A stretch of 64,000 bases of DNA from Euryarchaeota archaeon UBA28 (GCA_002501605.1 DANW01000030.1:24553-88552); one strand, 5' to 3'; shown: positions 45,506-56,232, counted from the first letter of the stretch. The notes: generated by a model not told the origin, from the sequence alone. Program-made: numbers and translations.

Positions 45506-48055
45506 TCAATTGTACTTTCTCTTATCTCTTCGAACCTTCCGACCCGCTTCTCTTACAATATTTTCAACCAATTTATGACTCCATCCCCTTAGGTCAGAAA
45601 GCCTCTCTCGGTCTTTCTCTGTGAGCTCCGCAACGTCTGAAACCATACTCACTCCCAGTAGTTCGGACATTTCTCTAGCCCTTACTCTTCCTATTCCTTT
45701 GAGAGATACTAGTCCGAGAATATCAGATTTGCAACCATATCTTACTCTTCCATGGACCTCTGCTATTGATTCGACAAGTGCCTTGTGAGCGTCCTTGTTC
45801 ATACTCGCAAGCTCGTCATCCTCAATTACAATCCTCCTTGACGCATACAGTAGCCACTCAGCTAGCTCTACCCTACTTCTGAGATCCCCTGGCTGGACCC
45901 CCCACTCCCTCTCAATATTCTTCATAGTTTCCTCATCCATCCATGATTGTAAAACCAGAGCTCCCTTCATTCGCCTATCTTCATCGTGATCCACCGCAGT
46001 ACAGAGCATTTCCCTCTCATGAATGTGTAGAGACGATTGAATTTTTTCATAATCGGACTTTCTTAACCAGAGGGGCAAAAAGTCTGGAGTGCAAGAAACC
46101 AGATGCAACAGACTCATCGGAGAGTACTGCATAAATTCATCATGGCCTGAAATAATTGTCATTGCTTTTCCTAGGCCATCGCGAATAATTCTTCCAGATA
46201 ATGGGTTCAAATATAGTCTAGAAATTCTAGAGCCTAGTGAGGTTGGAGAGTATGTCATAATTTGGGATTCTTGCAAGCCTACTTCCTCTTCACTTATTGA
46301 AATCGCTTTCTTGAATCCAAAAACTGCGGGGCCGCTCCGTTTTTTTGCAAATACCCTCTCTTCACTTAATTCAGACAACTCGACCCCCAATACCGAGGCA
46401 GCTGAATCTGCCCACGATGGAATTTCATCAGACCAGCCTTCATCCTCTGTTGAAGAAACGGGATTCTCACGTACTTTGTCTGCAACAGCATCAGATTCCC
46501 CATCTCTAATTATCATCCCATTCTCAACCAGCCATCTGATGGTCTCGTCCAGTTTCCCACTCAGAGTGTCAGAACTCATCTGAGTAGCAAGGAAAGTACT
46601 TCTAAAGAATCCCCCGATGGAGTACCTGTCCCTGACTATTCCACTTGAGATGAGTGAAAGTACGTGAGTAAGTAGGGCCGGGTCTTCAACCGCACTCCTT
46701 GCCATTGGATTGGCTAATTTTGATGTAACTTTCTCAGGCTCGCCTCGCAAATATAGATCAACTAGCCTCTTTTCCTCTTCAAGGTCCTTGGAAAGGATCC
46801 AAGCATCGCCATAATCGTCATACTTAGGCCTCCCAGCTCTACCTAGCATTTGCCTCACTTCCATCACCGATAGAGGCATGGAGGCACTAGCCGAAGCACT
46901 CCATCTCCTGAAATCCCTGATTACGACCCTCCTTGCGGGGAGATTGACACCTTGAGCTAGTGTTGGTGTGGCAACTATGCATTTGATATCCCCGTTTTTG
47001 AAGGATCTCTCTATCGCCTTTCTCTGTCTGTTGGTAAGGCCAGCATGATGAAATCCTACTCCTCCCTTCGCAGATTTAGCCAATGAGGACCCAGTCGAAG
47101 AGTCCTCACCTCCCATGGAAATTTCCTTGGAAAGTGAATTCCACTTCTTGATATCCTCCTCAGAAAATACACTGCAATCGTCTTTCGCTAGCTTCAACAT
47201 AAATTCTGAAAGAACTCGTGCTTCCTTGGCAGCCGACGCCCGTGATGAGACGAAAACAAGTAATTGGCCACCAACTGACAATGTATCTCTGAGAGCCGCC
47301 TGAAGCCTTCTATTTTTCATTCCAGATAAGGTTCGTGATTTTTGTAAATTATTCACATCGGATCCCTCAGTTCTGTGGATATTTACATCTAAATCAGTCA
47401 TGATCCCATAATGCAGAGGAATTGGACGCCAATCCGACCTCACATGTTTTGCGCCCAGCCATTTAGCAAGCTCCCCAGAATTTCCAACGGTCGCTGAAAG
47501 GGCAATGATTTGAGCCTCTGGCCTGATGTGCATTATCCTTGAAATTGTGACTTCCAGAGTCGGTCCACGGGAATAGTCATTCAGAAGATGGAACTCGTCA
47601 GAGACTACTACACCCAGGTTCTCCAAGAAACCTGTTCTGGTTCTAAGTATGGAATCAAGTTTTTCGCTCGTACAGACTAAAATATCTGAGTCATCTACTC
47701 CATTCGACTCACTTACTCTATCGCCAATGGCCAAGCCAACAGTCAATCCAACTGCCCCGGCAATTTCTCTCAAGTCCTCAAATTTCTCACTTGCTAGAGC
47801 TTTCAGAGGGACAACATAGGCACCCCTCATTCCTTTCATATCTCCAATCAGACGATTGATCATGCCGATGTAGGCAACCAATGATTTGCCACTAGCAGTA
47901 GGAATGGTAAGCATGAGACTCTTACCCTCAAGGACCACGGGCAAAGCCTCGAGCTGGGGCGGAAAAAAATCCTCAATACCCCATCTTTCCCTCAGGAATT
48001 CGGTAATCCTTGGGTCGATCCCCAAGTGCTCCGATCCATGATTCTCGGTCGCCAT
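45506..48055 (-). CDS. hel308: Hel308/Ski2-like SF2 DNA helicase
   Basis: PTASGKS, DEFH, SAT, FHHAGL, TPTLAQGVNLPA, QMLGRAGRP, GIGRVRAR. Confidence 0.95.
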   Translation of the reverse strand: MATENHGSEHLGIDPRITEFLRERWGIEDFFPPQLEALPVVLEGKSLMLTIPTASGKSLVAYIGMINRLIGDMKGMRGAYVVPLKALASEKFEDLREIAGAVGLTVGLAIGDRVSESNGVDDSDILVCTSEKLDSILRTRTGFLENLGVVVSDEFHLLNDYSRGPTLEVTISRIMHIRPEAQIIALSATVGNSGELAKWLGAKHVRSDWRPIPLHYGIMTDLDVNIHRTEGSDVNNLQKSRTLSGMKNRRLQAALRDTLSVGGQLLVFVSSRASAAKEARVLSEFMLKLAKDDCSVFSEEDIKKWNSLSKEISMGGEDSSTGSSLAKSAKGGVGFHHAGLTNRQRKAIERSFKNGDIKCIVATPTLAQGVNLPARRVVIRDFRRWSASASASMPLSVMEVRQMLGRAGRPKYDDYGDAWILSKDLEEEKRLVDLYLRGEPEKVTSKLANPMARSAVEDPALLTHVLSLISSGIVRDRYSIGGFFRSTFLATQMSSDTLSGKLDETIRWLVENGMIIRDGESDAVADKVRENPVSSTEDEGWSDEIPSWADSAASVLGVELSELSEERVFAKKRSGPAVFGFKKAISISEEEVGLQESQIMTYSPTSLGSRISRLYLNPLSGRIIRDGLGKAMTIISGHDEFMQYSPMSLLHLVSCTPDFLPLWLRKSDYEKIQSSLHIHEREMLCTAVDHDEDRRMKGALVLQSWMDEETMKNIEREWGVQPGDLRSRVELAEWLLYASRRIVIEDDELASMNKDAHKALVESIAEVHGRVRYGCKSDILGLVSLKGIGRVRAREMSELLGVSMVSDVAELTEKDRERLSDLRGWSHKLVENIVREAGRKVRRDKRKYN

Positions 48056-48102
48056 GATTATCCTTATGTTGGGCTGTTCTAAAGGATACCGTGGATATGA
48101 AC

Positions 48103-48579
48103 CTAATTCCATCGGTGATATGCGGGATGGCCTTCCGTAACTGCGACGAATAATCCCTCACCAGTTGCGCACAGCTTGTCGTCGCAAGTCAGCCTCATTC
48201 TTATTTTTGCTCTGTCCGGAAGAAGCTCAATAACCTCTGAGTCTATTTTCAGTTTCTTATCATTGGGAGTCGGTCTTCTTAGACTGACGCTATAGGAGGC
48301 AGTGACAGTACAAGGGGGCTCAGTCGAACCTCCTCGATCCATCAATGCTATTGCCGCAGTCCAATTTCCATGACAGTCCAGTAGTGAACCGATTATTCCC
48401 CCATTCACCATTCCAGGAAAAGCCTGATGATGGTCCTCTGGGTCGAATTCCATTGTAAGCCCATTCCCCTTTCTGAAAGACCTTATCTTCAGCCCCTTTT
48501 CATTGGAGGGGCCACATCCAAAACATATGCTACTGGGCGCGTATTCTTCCTGTACAGAGAGGGGGGCTCGGTCTTCCAT
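48103..48579 (-). CDS. PaaI/hotdog-fold thioesterase
   Basis: CFGCGPSN, GMVNGGIIGSLLD, LRRPTP. Confidence 0.85.
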   Translation of the reverse strand: MEDRAPLSVQEEYAPSSICFGCGPSNEKGLKIRSFRKGNGLTMEFDPEDHHQAFPGMVNGGIIGSLLDCHGNWTAAIALMDRGGSTEPPCTVTASYSVSLRRPTPNDKKLKIDSEVIELLPDRAKIRMRLTCDDKLCATGEGLFVAVTEGHPAYHRWN

Positions 48580-48641
48580 GCACATTGGACGGGCTTGTAG
48601 GAATTGAATAATTCCCAAATTCATGCTAACGTATCCTATTT

Positions 48642-50042
48642 ATGTCAAACCTACTGGGAGGTCCGTTGACCGATTCCACAAAGGGCTCAGACAATGAGCA
48701 AAGCTCCGAAAGGCCTGAGAGCCTACTTCCTAGGTCGAAGAGAAGAAGATTCACACCACTGAAGGTGGCGAATCAGATCCCAAAGAGGCGCAGAAAAGAA
48801 ATCGAAAAGGCACTCGAGGGGAGCTCTGGTACGCCGAAGAAGTGGTCCCGTCAGAACGGTCCGAAAAATCACGCTTTTCTAAGGAAGAGAATCCCACCCG
48901 GTTCGATCAGAAGATTGGAATTCGATCTTCTTTCAGTAGACATTGGCGAATCCTGGCCAGTCCCAATCACGGTCGTTCATGGGGCTCGCCCGGGCCCAAC
49001 AATAACTCTACTTGGAGCTGTTCATGGTAATGAACTGGTGGGGCCTTTAGCACTTACCTATCTGTCTGGGCCTAATTTTATCGGAAGTGGAAAGGCCATT
49101 GACCCAGATGTCTTATCGGGAACAATAAGGATTGTTCCTATTGTCAATATGCCGGGTTACAAGATGAAGAGTCGCTACATGCCGGACGGCAGAGATCTAA
49201 ACAGATCATTCCCCGGAAAACCCGATAGTAACACTTCTTATCGTGTAGCGAACAGATTTTGGAAGGAGATTATTGCCGGAAGTGACTATGTTATCGACTT
49301 GCATACTGCAGCTGTGGGAAGGACAAATATGCCCCAGATTAGGGCAAATCTTGCTCATGCTTCCAGTAATAAAATAGCTAGATCATTCGGAATTGAAGCA
49401 ATATTGGACAATGTCGGCCCAAAGGGGTCTCTCAGAAGAGTTACCAATGATGCCGACATAGCATGCGTGACCTTCGAGGGAGGAGGTCCAGACGAACTAG
49501 ACCCGGAATCGGTACAGGTCTCTTTGTACGGGATTCTAAATGTCCTGAGATCATTGAGAATGATTCCAGGTCATCCGAGCAGGCCTACCTTCAGGATACT
49601 CGCATCTGGGTCTCTGTGGATTAGGTCTGATCAGGGTGGTTTACTGGATGTGCTTGCGCCAGCTGGAAGCTTCGTAGATGAGGGGGAGGTCGTTGCTACG
49701 GTGACTAACCCGGAGAGGCCCTCAGAGTCTCATGACATTATATCTCCAACAAGGGGGCTAATAATTTGCTCTGCAACCAATCCTTTCGTTACTGCTGGAA
49801 CTCCTGTGGGGCATATTCTACCTGTCTCCAAAGGAGTTCAAACCATCAGGAAGAGACTCGATGAGGACGATTGTTTGGTGATAAGTGGTGCTGATGGTGA
49901 TCCAGTTTGGAGAGATGACGACGAAGTTGAGGACATTACCGTTGGAGGGGAGTGGTCCGGTGGAAATGTAGACGCTGAGTGGTCAACGAACCCTCCAACA
50001 GATTCCGACGAAGAGGCCGCTGAATCAGACCCTTCTCAGTAA
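48642..50042 (+). CDS. Succinylglutamate desuccinylase/aspartoacylase (M14-like) family protein
   Basis: HGNE, RDLNRSFPG, IDLHT; C-terminal lipoyl-like domain; basic N-terminal extension. Confidence 0.85.
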   Translation: MSNLLGGPLTDSTKGSDNEQSSERPESLLPRSKRRRFTPLKVANQIPKRRRKEIEKALEGSSGTPKKWSRQNGPKNHAFLRKRIPPGSIRRLEFDLLSVDIGESWPVPITVVHGARPGPTITLLGAVHGNELVGPLALTYLSGPNFIGSGKAIDPDVLSGTIRIVPIVNMPGYKMKSRYMPDGRDLNRSFPGKPDSNTSYRVANRFWKEIIAGSDYVIDLHTAAVGRTNMPQIRANLAHASSNKIARSFGIEAILDNVGPKGSLRRVTNDADIACVTFEGGGPDELDPESVQVSLYGILNVLRSLRMIPGHPSRPTFRILASGSLWIRSDQGGLLDVLAPAGSFVDEGEVVATVTNPERPSESHDIISPTRGLIICSATNPFVTAGTPVGHILPVSKGVQTIRKRLDEDDCLVISGADGDPVWRDDDEVEDITVGGEWSGGNVDAEWSTNPPTDSDEEAAESDPSQ

Positions 50043-53000
50043 CTACCTGGAGGTGGAGGAGGGGGAAAACCATCCTCATCCAATGCTTGTTGGGACGGTG
50101 AGGGGGAAGAAAAAGAGGACAGATCGGGAGCACGGGGTATAGCATACAATTCACTGTCATTTGAGGTGTAATCTCTGTCTGATTCTGAGCCAACTTCTCT
50201 CGGATTGATCTGGTAGAACTCGTAGGCCTCTTTCACCTTTCTTCTGTAGGAAATCTGAGATGTCAAAATATAGCTGGCACCTATGAGCAGGGACAGAGAT
50301 ACAACAAACGAAACTATTCCAAGCGGGGTTAGGATGTATGAAACCAATCTCTCAGACAGTGTGTCAGGCGTCTTTGAGATAATCACGTCAAAGCTCCAAG
50401 CAACCTCCGTTATCACTCCATTCTCGATTATTGAGGCAGATACTCTTTGCTCTCCACTGCCTCCCGAGCACAAATAAATCTCCAAATTCCCCACGGGGGA
50501 ATCGCAATCAAGTTCAGGTATCGATATATTGTCTCCTGAGTAATTTTCATCTCCAGAAAATGAGAAGTCGCCAAATGTCCAAGAGACGCTATACTGCACT
50601 CCCTCTGGTATTGGCCCGATATCTAATTCAAGGGTCTGGTTTTTGCTGTACCATGTCTCGATATCCGAATCTGAAGGAGAGGAGGAAAGATACGACAGTC
50701 TTGAAACGTCATCATCAACTAAATCGTTGCAGTTGTCGTCAGCACCATTCCAAGTCTCTATTGCTCCCGGATAGGCCGAATCATCATTATCATCGCAATC
50801 CTCGAAATCTAGGTAGCCATCTTCGTCACTATCAAAATTGAATACTAGTGGGTCAGAACCGATGTCCAAGATTTCATCTCCATCAGAATAGCCATCGCCG
50901 TCAGTGTCGGATTGAGTTGCAGATGTCATGTAGAGGTGGAACTCATCATAATCCTTCAGAAAGTCTCCATCAGTATCAATGTCAACGAAGTCTTCGTCTA
51001 CAGATTCGTCACAATCATTGTCCTTTCCATCAAGTGATTCGGACAGATAACCCGCTCTTTCGGAATCATTGTCATCACAGTCTTCGAACCAGTACTCGCC
51101 ATCTCCGTCTTCATCGGGATCTGCCATGACCGGGTCAGTCTTCGTGACACTAATTTCGTACCCATCAGGTAAACCGTCCCCATCAGTATCCCCATCGTAG
51201 GGATTTGTCGAGATATTGTGGTATTCTTCATAATCACTCAGCTGATCTCCATCAGTATCAATCAACTCGAAACCATCGTCCATGACCTCGTCGCAGTCAT
51301 TGTCAATTCCATCAAGAACCTCGCTCAGACCAGGGGATCTGAAACTATCTTGGTCATCACAGTCTTGGAACCAATACCAACCATCTCCATCGTCATCAGA
51401 ATCAGCGGAATTCGGGTCACTCCCAAAGGTTAGAACTTCGATCCCATCACTAAGTCCATCATCATCAGAATCACTGTCTAGATATTGTGTTTGATGTATG
51501 TGAAACTCCGGCCAATCCAGAAGACCATCCCCATCCGAATCGGTGAAATTGAAACCCTCATCTATTTGCGAGTCACAATTATCATCCACCCCATTCAGAG
51601 TTTCAGGTCTTCCCGGGTTTATCATCGGGTCCTGATCATCGCAATCATCGAAATGGTAGAAAAGATCTCCATCGTCATCTGGGTCGAACAATAACGGATC
51701 ACTGCCCCAGAAGTTCACCTCCACTCCATCTGATAGCCCATCGTTGTCGGTGTCGCTCTGTAGTGGGTTAGTCCCGAATATCATTATCTCATCATAGTCG
51801 TTTATACCATCTAGATCAGAATCTGGAGACAATGGGTTGGTACTGTGGTTCATGACCTCTTCGTAGTCACTCAATCCATCATCATCTGTGTCGGGGTCAT
51901 AGGGATCAGTTCCCCAAATCTCAGTCTCGTTCACATCCTCCAATCCGTCATCATCATGATCCAAATCCGCATCGGTCCCGTGGAATATAAGCGACCAATG
52001 ATTCAAAGTACCATTATTTCCAGAGTCGCTATCTCTAATTCTGAGTTGCCACTCCCCGAGGGAAGACTCGTCCCAATGATGAACTGTATTGAAGGTCCAA
52101 TTGTCATAATCGTCTCCGCTGTCGCTCCTTTCTTCTGCCAACCAAGATTCCTTTCCAGAGGGAGAAACAAGAACAATCTCTAACTCTCCCCTGTAGTCAT
52201 GCGAAATGTCAACAACCACGTCCACACTTTCGATTGCCAGGTCATCTGTGACTGTTATGTTGAAATCATCCCATCCAGATATCCCATCTCCCAGATCGAA
52301 ATTTGGATTCATCGGGCCAATGCTGACGTTAACCTCGTCCTCCACAGTGGTCCAGTTGGAGGACATGGCAACCGCTGCACTAGCATCTACGGCACCAAAT
52401 CCATATTTGTGAGATACATCGTGGCCAGCGCCGTTTATTTCCCAGGAAGAATCTGCAGGGTCATTGACCCTAGCGGTGTTGACCAGAATATGTTGCACAT
52501 CCCTCCAGGTTAAATTTTGATTTGCCTCTAACATCAGGGCGATCACCCCTGAGACGAGTGGAGTTGCACTAGAGGTACCGCCAAACGTGTCTGTTACATT
52601 TCCAGATGAGTTATATCCACCCGAGCCAACAATGTCAGTGGTTGTTATGGCCTCTCCATCTCCATTTGAATGAGCGGCAACTAGGATATTGGCCCCCGGT
52701 TCAGCATAATATGACTGTTCTCCGAGATGAGTTATCGCCGTCACGGCAATCGTATATCTGCTGTTAGCATAGCCATCGTAGTTCGAGTCATCATCATTTG
52801 TGAGGCCATTCCCTGCGGCCCATGTGATTATGTTTCCAAGTCCATCTCTCCCTTGGAAGACGTCATTCTCGAATGCCGCGGTCATTAGAGGCCCTGGTCC
52901 ATCCAATATTCTCCCTGTGTCGCTAGGACCCCATGAATTGGAGTAGATGTCAATGTAGTCATTTTCATAGCTAAGGGCCTGAGACTCGTCGAAGTCGTTG

Positions 53001-53776
53001 ATTGAGCAAGCTATGAGCGTGGATCCTGCCAAACTAGCCCCGAAGGCCGCGCCCGAGACATAGACCGAATTGTTACCAGCAGCTCCTGCGACTCCTGCGG
53101 CCGCAGTCCCATGACCATCGAAACTCAATGGGGTCGGATCAGAGTCATCATTACACCAATCATATGAGGCTGATTGGTCGTAGTTGGGCGATATATCTGG
53201 ATGAGAGATATCCAACCCATCGTCCACTATGCTGATTACGACGCCAGAACCATTGTACGAGTCCCAAGCACCGGTTAGGTTAGCGTCTTCTCCGGATAGC
53301 CCACCGGTCTGACCACTATTTTCTAGGTGCCACTGGGATCCGAATTCTGGGTCATTGGGATAGAATTTCTTTGTATGTTCCATCTTGATTACTGGAGAGA
53401 AACTCTCGATTTCTCCAATCTCCATGGCTTTGGTAAGACTCTCTACTGCCTTTCGACCGTCTTCCATCTCCCAAATGTAGGACCCCGGTAATACTTTGCT
53501 CTCAATACTCGAAATCGGATTGGAGAGAGATTTTGTGTGTTCTTTCTGGGGAATTCCAGTTACAACGAGCCACTCCTTGGCGCTAAATATTTCATCCTGT
53601 GAGTAAAGCGATAAATCTTCAGCTCTATCGAATGCGAGCTGGACCGGAATTGAGTAACCCTCCATAATCGAGGAAGACTCGAATTTTTCTATTCCATCTT
53701 GCTCATATTCACCTGAAACGATCCCAGAAAATGGAGACAAAACAACAATCAGGACGATAGCGACTGCGTAACGCAT
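50036..53776 (-). CDS. Kexin-like S8 protease with P-domain, Asp-rich Ca-binding repeats and TM anchor
   Basis: VDDG / HGTAAAG / GTSSATP, SNSWG, LTWRDVQH, P-domain (HDYRGEL), DxDxDG and DCDD...DNxC repeats. Confidence 0.92.
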   Translation of the reverse strand: MRYAVAIVLIVVLSPFSGIVSGEYEQDGIEKFESSSIMEGYSIPVQLAFDRAEDLSLYSQDEIFSAKEWLVVTGIPQKEHTKSLSNPISSIESKVLPGSYIWEMEDGRKAVESLTKAMEIGEIESFSPVIKMEHTKKFYPNDPEFGSQWHLENSGQTGGLSGEDANLTGAWDSYNGSGVVISIVDDGLDISHPDISPNYDQSASYDWCNDDSDPTPLSFDGHGTAAAGVAGAAGNNSVYVSGAAFGASLAGSTLIACSINDFDESQALSYENDYIDIYSNSWGPSDTGRILDGPGPLMTAAFENDVFQGRDGLGNIITWAAGNGLTNDDDSNYDGYANSRYTIAVTAITHLGEQSYYAEPGANILVAAHSNGDGEAITTTDIVGSGGYNSSGNVTDTFGGTSSATPLVSGVIALMLEANQNLTWRDVQHILVNTARVNDPADSSWEINGAGHDVSHKYGFGAVDASAAVAMSSNWTTVEDEVNVSIGPMNPNFDLGDGISGWDDFNITVTDDLAIESVDVVVDISHDYRGELEIVLVSPSGKESWLAEERSDSGDDYDNWTFNTVHHWDESSLGEWQLRIRDSDSGNNGTLNHWSLIFHGTDADLDHDDDGLEDVNETEIWGTDPYDPDTDDDGLSDYEEVMNHSTNPLSPDSDLDGINDYDEIMIFGTNPLQSDTDNDGLSDGVEVNFWGSDPLLFDPDDDGDLFYHFDDCDDQDPMINPGRPETLNGVDDNCDSQIDEGFNFTDSDGDGLLDWPEFHIHQTQYLDSDSDDDGLSDGIEVLTFGSDPNSADSDDDGDGWYWFQDCDDQDSFRSPGLSEVLDGIDNDCDEVMDDGFELIDTDGDQLSDYEEYHNISTNPYDGDTDGDGLPDGYEISVTKTDPVMADPDEDGDGEYWFEDCDDNDSERAGYLSESLDGKDNDCDESVDEDFVDIDTDGDFLKDYDEFHLYMTSATQSDTDGDGYSDGDEILDIGSDPLVFNFDSDEDGYLDFEDCDDNDDSAYPGAIETWNGADDNCNDLVDDDVSRLSYLSSSPSDSDIETWYSKNQTLELDIGPIPEGVQYSVSWTFGDFSFSGDENYSGDNISIPELDCDSPVGNLEIYLCSGGSGEQRVSASIIENGVITEVAWSFDVIISKTPDTLSERLVSYILTPLGIVSFVVSLSLLIGASYILTSQISYRRKVKEAYEFYQINPREVGSESDRDYTSNDSELYAIPRAPDLSSFSSPSPSQQALDEDGFPPPPPPGSY
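50690..51965 (-). repeat. Intragenic protein repeats: TSP3-like DxDxDGLxDxxE units alternating with four DCDD...DG.DN.CD modules
   Basis: Visible in the translation; degenerate at DNA level. Confidence 0.8.
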
Positions 53777-53821
53777 GATACTACTCGCCGAACCAAGACA
53801 TATAGCCGTTCGTAATCGCCG

Positions 53822-55093
53822 TTAGGAACTTGACTCATCAATCTGGTTGAATTTGGAGATTTCAGCATGTACCTCAGAATCGGTCATTAGCCTTCTTTGT
53901 GTCTTTGCAATTTCGAAAAGAGTCTCTACAAGTTCTCCTGTGGGCTCATATCCGTTCTGGCTTAGCCACCATGTGATGTTGGACCTTCCACTCATATGCC
54001 CTATTCGAATAACTTGGCTCAGCCCGTAGTCTCCGGCAGGCACTCCAGAGTACACTCTATCTGCAAGCCAGTGATCCCCCTTTTCCATTGCCTTGACAAC
54101 CGCACTCGCATGAACTCCAGTGCCAGTCTCAAACGCATCCTCTCCAAAAACCGGATAGTTTCTGGGGAGAGCTACACCAACATATTCGTGAGCCTTATTC
54201 ATGTACTCACTTAGCGATGTGAGGTCATTATTTATCACTCCCATCAGACTCAAATTCACCAGTGTCTGATCAATGGGTGCGTTACCGGATCTCTCTCCAA
54301 CCCCTAGGGCAGTACCATGAATAACATCAGCTCCGGCTTCATATGCTGCCAGATTGTTTGCAACTCCAAGACCCCTGTCTTGATGACCATGCCAGTTTAC
54401 TTCAATGTCCCTTCTCTTGAATCCGGAATCGGGAATCACTTCTTCCTGAATGAAACCAAGCAACTTTCTGACGCCGTTTGGAGTCACATGGCCACAGGTA
54501 TCACAGACACATATCCTGTCTGCCCCTAGCTCCATTGCTCTAGTGTAGACTTTTTTGATGTCTTCAGGCTTACTTCGAGTAGTGTCCTCCGTTACGAACA
54601 TAACAGGTATGTCATTGTCGACCGCAAAGGAAACGGCCGACTCAGCTGTTGCCATTATCCTGTCCATAGTCCAACCTTCAGCATATTGCCTGATAGGGCT
54701 GGTCCCGAGGAAAGCACTCGCCTGAATCTGACGCTCATGTTTCGATTGTAGATCCACCAACGGCTCAATATCCGTTACCAAGGTCCTAACTGCACATCCC
54801 GGACGGAGCGAGTACCCCATCTCGCCCATATGCATAAGCATCGAGTCAATGTGTTTTATGTGATGGGGGCCTGCACCGGGAAGCCCGAGGTCAACCTTCT
54901 GTATCCCCAGTTTCTCCATGTAATCAATAAGCTCTATTTTCTGGCTAATCGTGGGATTAACCGCACTAGGACTCTGTAGTCCATCTCTAAGGGTCTCATC
55001 GTCGAACCAGAGCCCATGGGGGTGTTTAGAAGAATCTCTGGAAATCTCGTAATCGATGGTGTTCCAATCGAAGATTAGCTCCCTCTCCTCCAT
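53822..55093 (-). CDS. LeuA/homocitrate-synthase-like DRE-TIM acyltransferase lacking the C-terminal regulatory domain
   Basis: DETLRDGLQ, EDTTR, CDTCG, HGHQDRG, GVGERSGN. Confidence 0.8.
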   Translation of the reverse strand: MEERELIFDWNTIDYEISRDSSKHPHGLWFDDETLRDGLQSPSAVNPTISQKIELIDYMEKLGIQKVDLGLPGAGPHHIKHIDSMLMHMGEMGYSLRPGCAVRTLVTDIEPLVDLQSKHERQIQASAFLGTSPIRQYAEGWTMDRIMATAESAVSFAVDNDIPVMFVTEDTTRSKPEDIKKVYTRAMELGADRICVCDTCGHVTPNGVRKLLGFIQEEVIPDSGFKRRDIEVNWHGHQDRGLGVANNLAAYEAGADVIHGTALGVGERSGNAPIDQTLVNLSLMGVINNDLTSLSEYMNKAHEYVGVALPRNYPVFGEDAFETGTGVHASAVVKAMEKGDHWLADRVYSGVPAGDYGLSQVIRIGHMSGRSNITWWLSQNGYEPTGELVETLFEIAKTQRRLMTDSEVHAEISKFNQIDESSS

Positions 55094-55162
55094 CGCACCA
55101 CCTACCTTTTCGCCTTGCAACTAACTACCAAGTGCTTGAATCCATCGGGACCGGAAGGTCAG

Positions 55163-56224
55163 TCAGTCAACACCCGCCATTCTGTTTCTGCTGTCACACT
55201 CTAGCTTGAGAATCAAAACTCCGCAAATCAATATCCCAGCACCGACGCCCATAAAACCCCACCCAGATGAGACTAGGAGCAAGAAGAACATCGCTAGGAA
55301 TGCCAATGAGAAGTAGAACGACCGTGCTGCAGTCGGCATCCTCCCACTTCCATCTAGCCCCTCATCAATATCTATTCTCCACACAGTCGAGGCATACCAC
55401 ATACTCAGGAGGAAACAAGACCATCTCAGGGCATGGTATGCCCTATCTTCATCATCGAGGTTACCGTTTGCTATTGGCGAGTAAAATGATGCCAAAATCA
55501 GAAGTATTGAGTATACCTTCATTTCAGATAATGTTCTGGCATTTCCCTTTACATTTGGTAGCATGGGCACTCCCGCTTCCCCGTATTCCTTCGACCTGTA
55601 TAGTGCGAGTGCCCAGAAATGAGGGGGCGTCCACAAGAATATGATCAGAAACATTAGCCATGGCATAGAACTGCCTAGATCAGTAACTGAGGAGATTGCA
55701 GATTCGACTGACTCCGTTGATATTCCAAGAGAGTCATCAGAAGCAGACCATCCAACCAAGGGTGGTGTTGAACCAGCTATTCCCCCTATCACAATATTCT
55801 GAGAGGTTGTTCTTTTCAACCAAATACTGTAGATGAACACATAGAATAGCACACTAAATACCGCCCAGAAAGCTGCAACAGAATTAGACATTAAGAAGAG
55901 CCACAAAGTTCCGATTATAGAAATCGAAACTCCAAAAACTAATGCGCTTGAAGGAGATATTTCCCCCATTGGGATTGGCCTACCAGAAGTTCTTGGCATC
56001 AATGGGTCGATATCGCGATCATACCACATGTTGATTGAATTGGCCCCTCCCGCTGTTAGAAAACCTCCAATAAATACTACGATTATTGTCCCGGCAGTCT
56101 CTTCTGTAAGGCCCCCACCTTCTAGTAAATCATGTGAAATAACAGCAAGAATACCGGTAATTTGTAAGAGAATCACCACATTAGGCTTGGTTAGAGTGAG
56201 GAAACTCCCAATTTTTCCGCCCAT
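55163..56224 (-). CDS. ctaB: Heme O synthase (protoheme IX farnesyltransferase)
   Basis: LTKP, NMWYDRDID.LM.RT..RPIP, LKRTT.QNIVIGG, WTPPHFWALAL. Confidence 0.95.
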   Translation of the reverse strand: MGGKIGSFLTLTKPNVVILLQITGILAVISHDLLEGGGLTEETAGTIIVVFIGGFLTAGGANSINMWYDRDIDPLMPRTSGRPIPMGEISPSSALVFGVSISIIGTLWLFLMSNSVAAFWAVFSVLFYVFIYSIWLKRTTSQNIVIGGIAGSTPPLVGWSASDDSLGISTESVESAISSVTDLGSSMPWLMFLIIFLWTPPHFWALALYRSKEYGEAGVPMLPNVKGNARTLSEMKVYSILLILASFYSPIANGNLDDEDRAYHALRWSCFLLSMWYASTVWRIDIDEGLDGSGRMPTAARSFYFSLAFLAMFFLLLVSSGWGFMGVGAGILICGVLILKLECDSRNRMAGVD

Positions 56225-56232
56225 CCATCCAC

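Noticed and set aside
44923-48055. hel308-cgi121 adjacency as a novel system
   Set aside because: This gene pairing is already known in euryarchaea
50690-51965. Periodic DNA that might suggest a CRISPR array or DGR
   Set aside because: Degenerate codon-level repeats of Asp-rich protein motifs; no cas or reverse transcriptase genes
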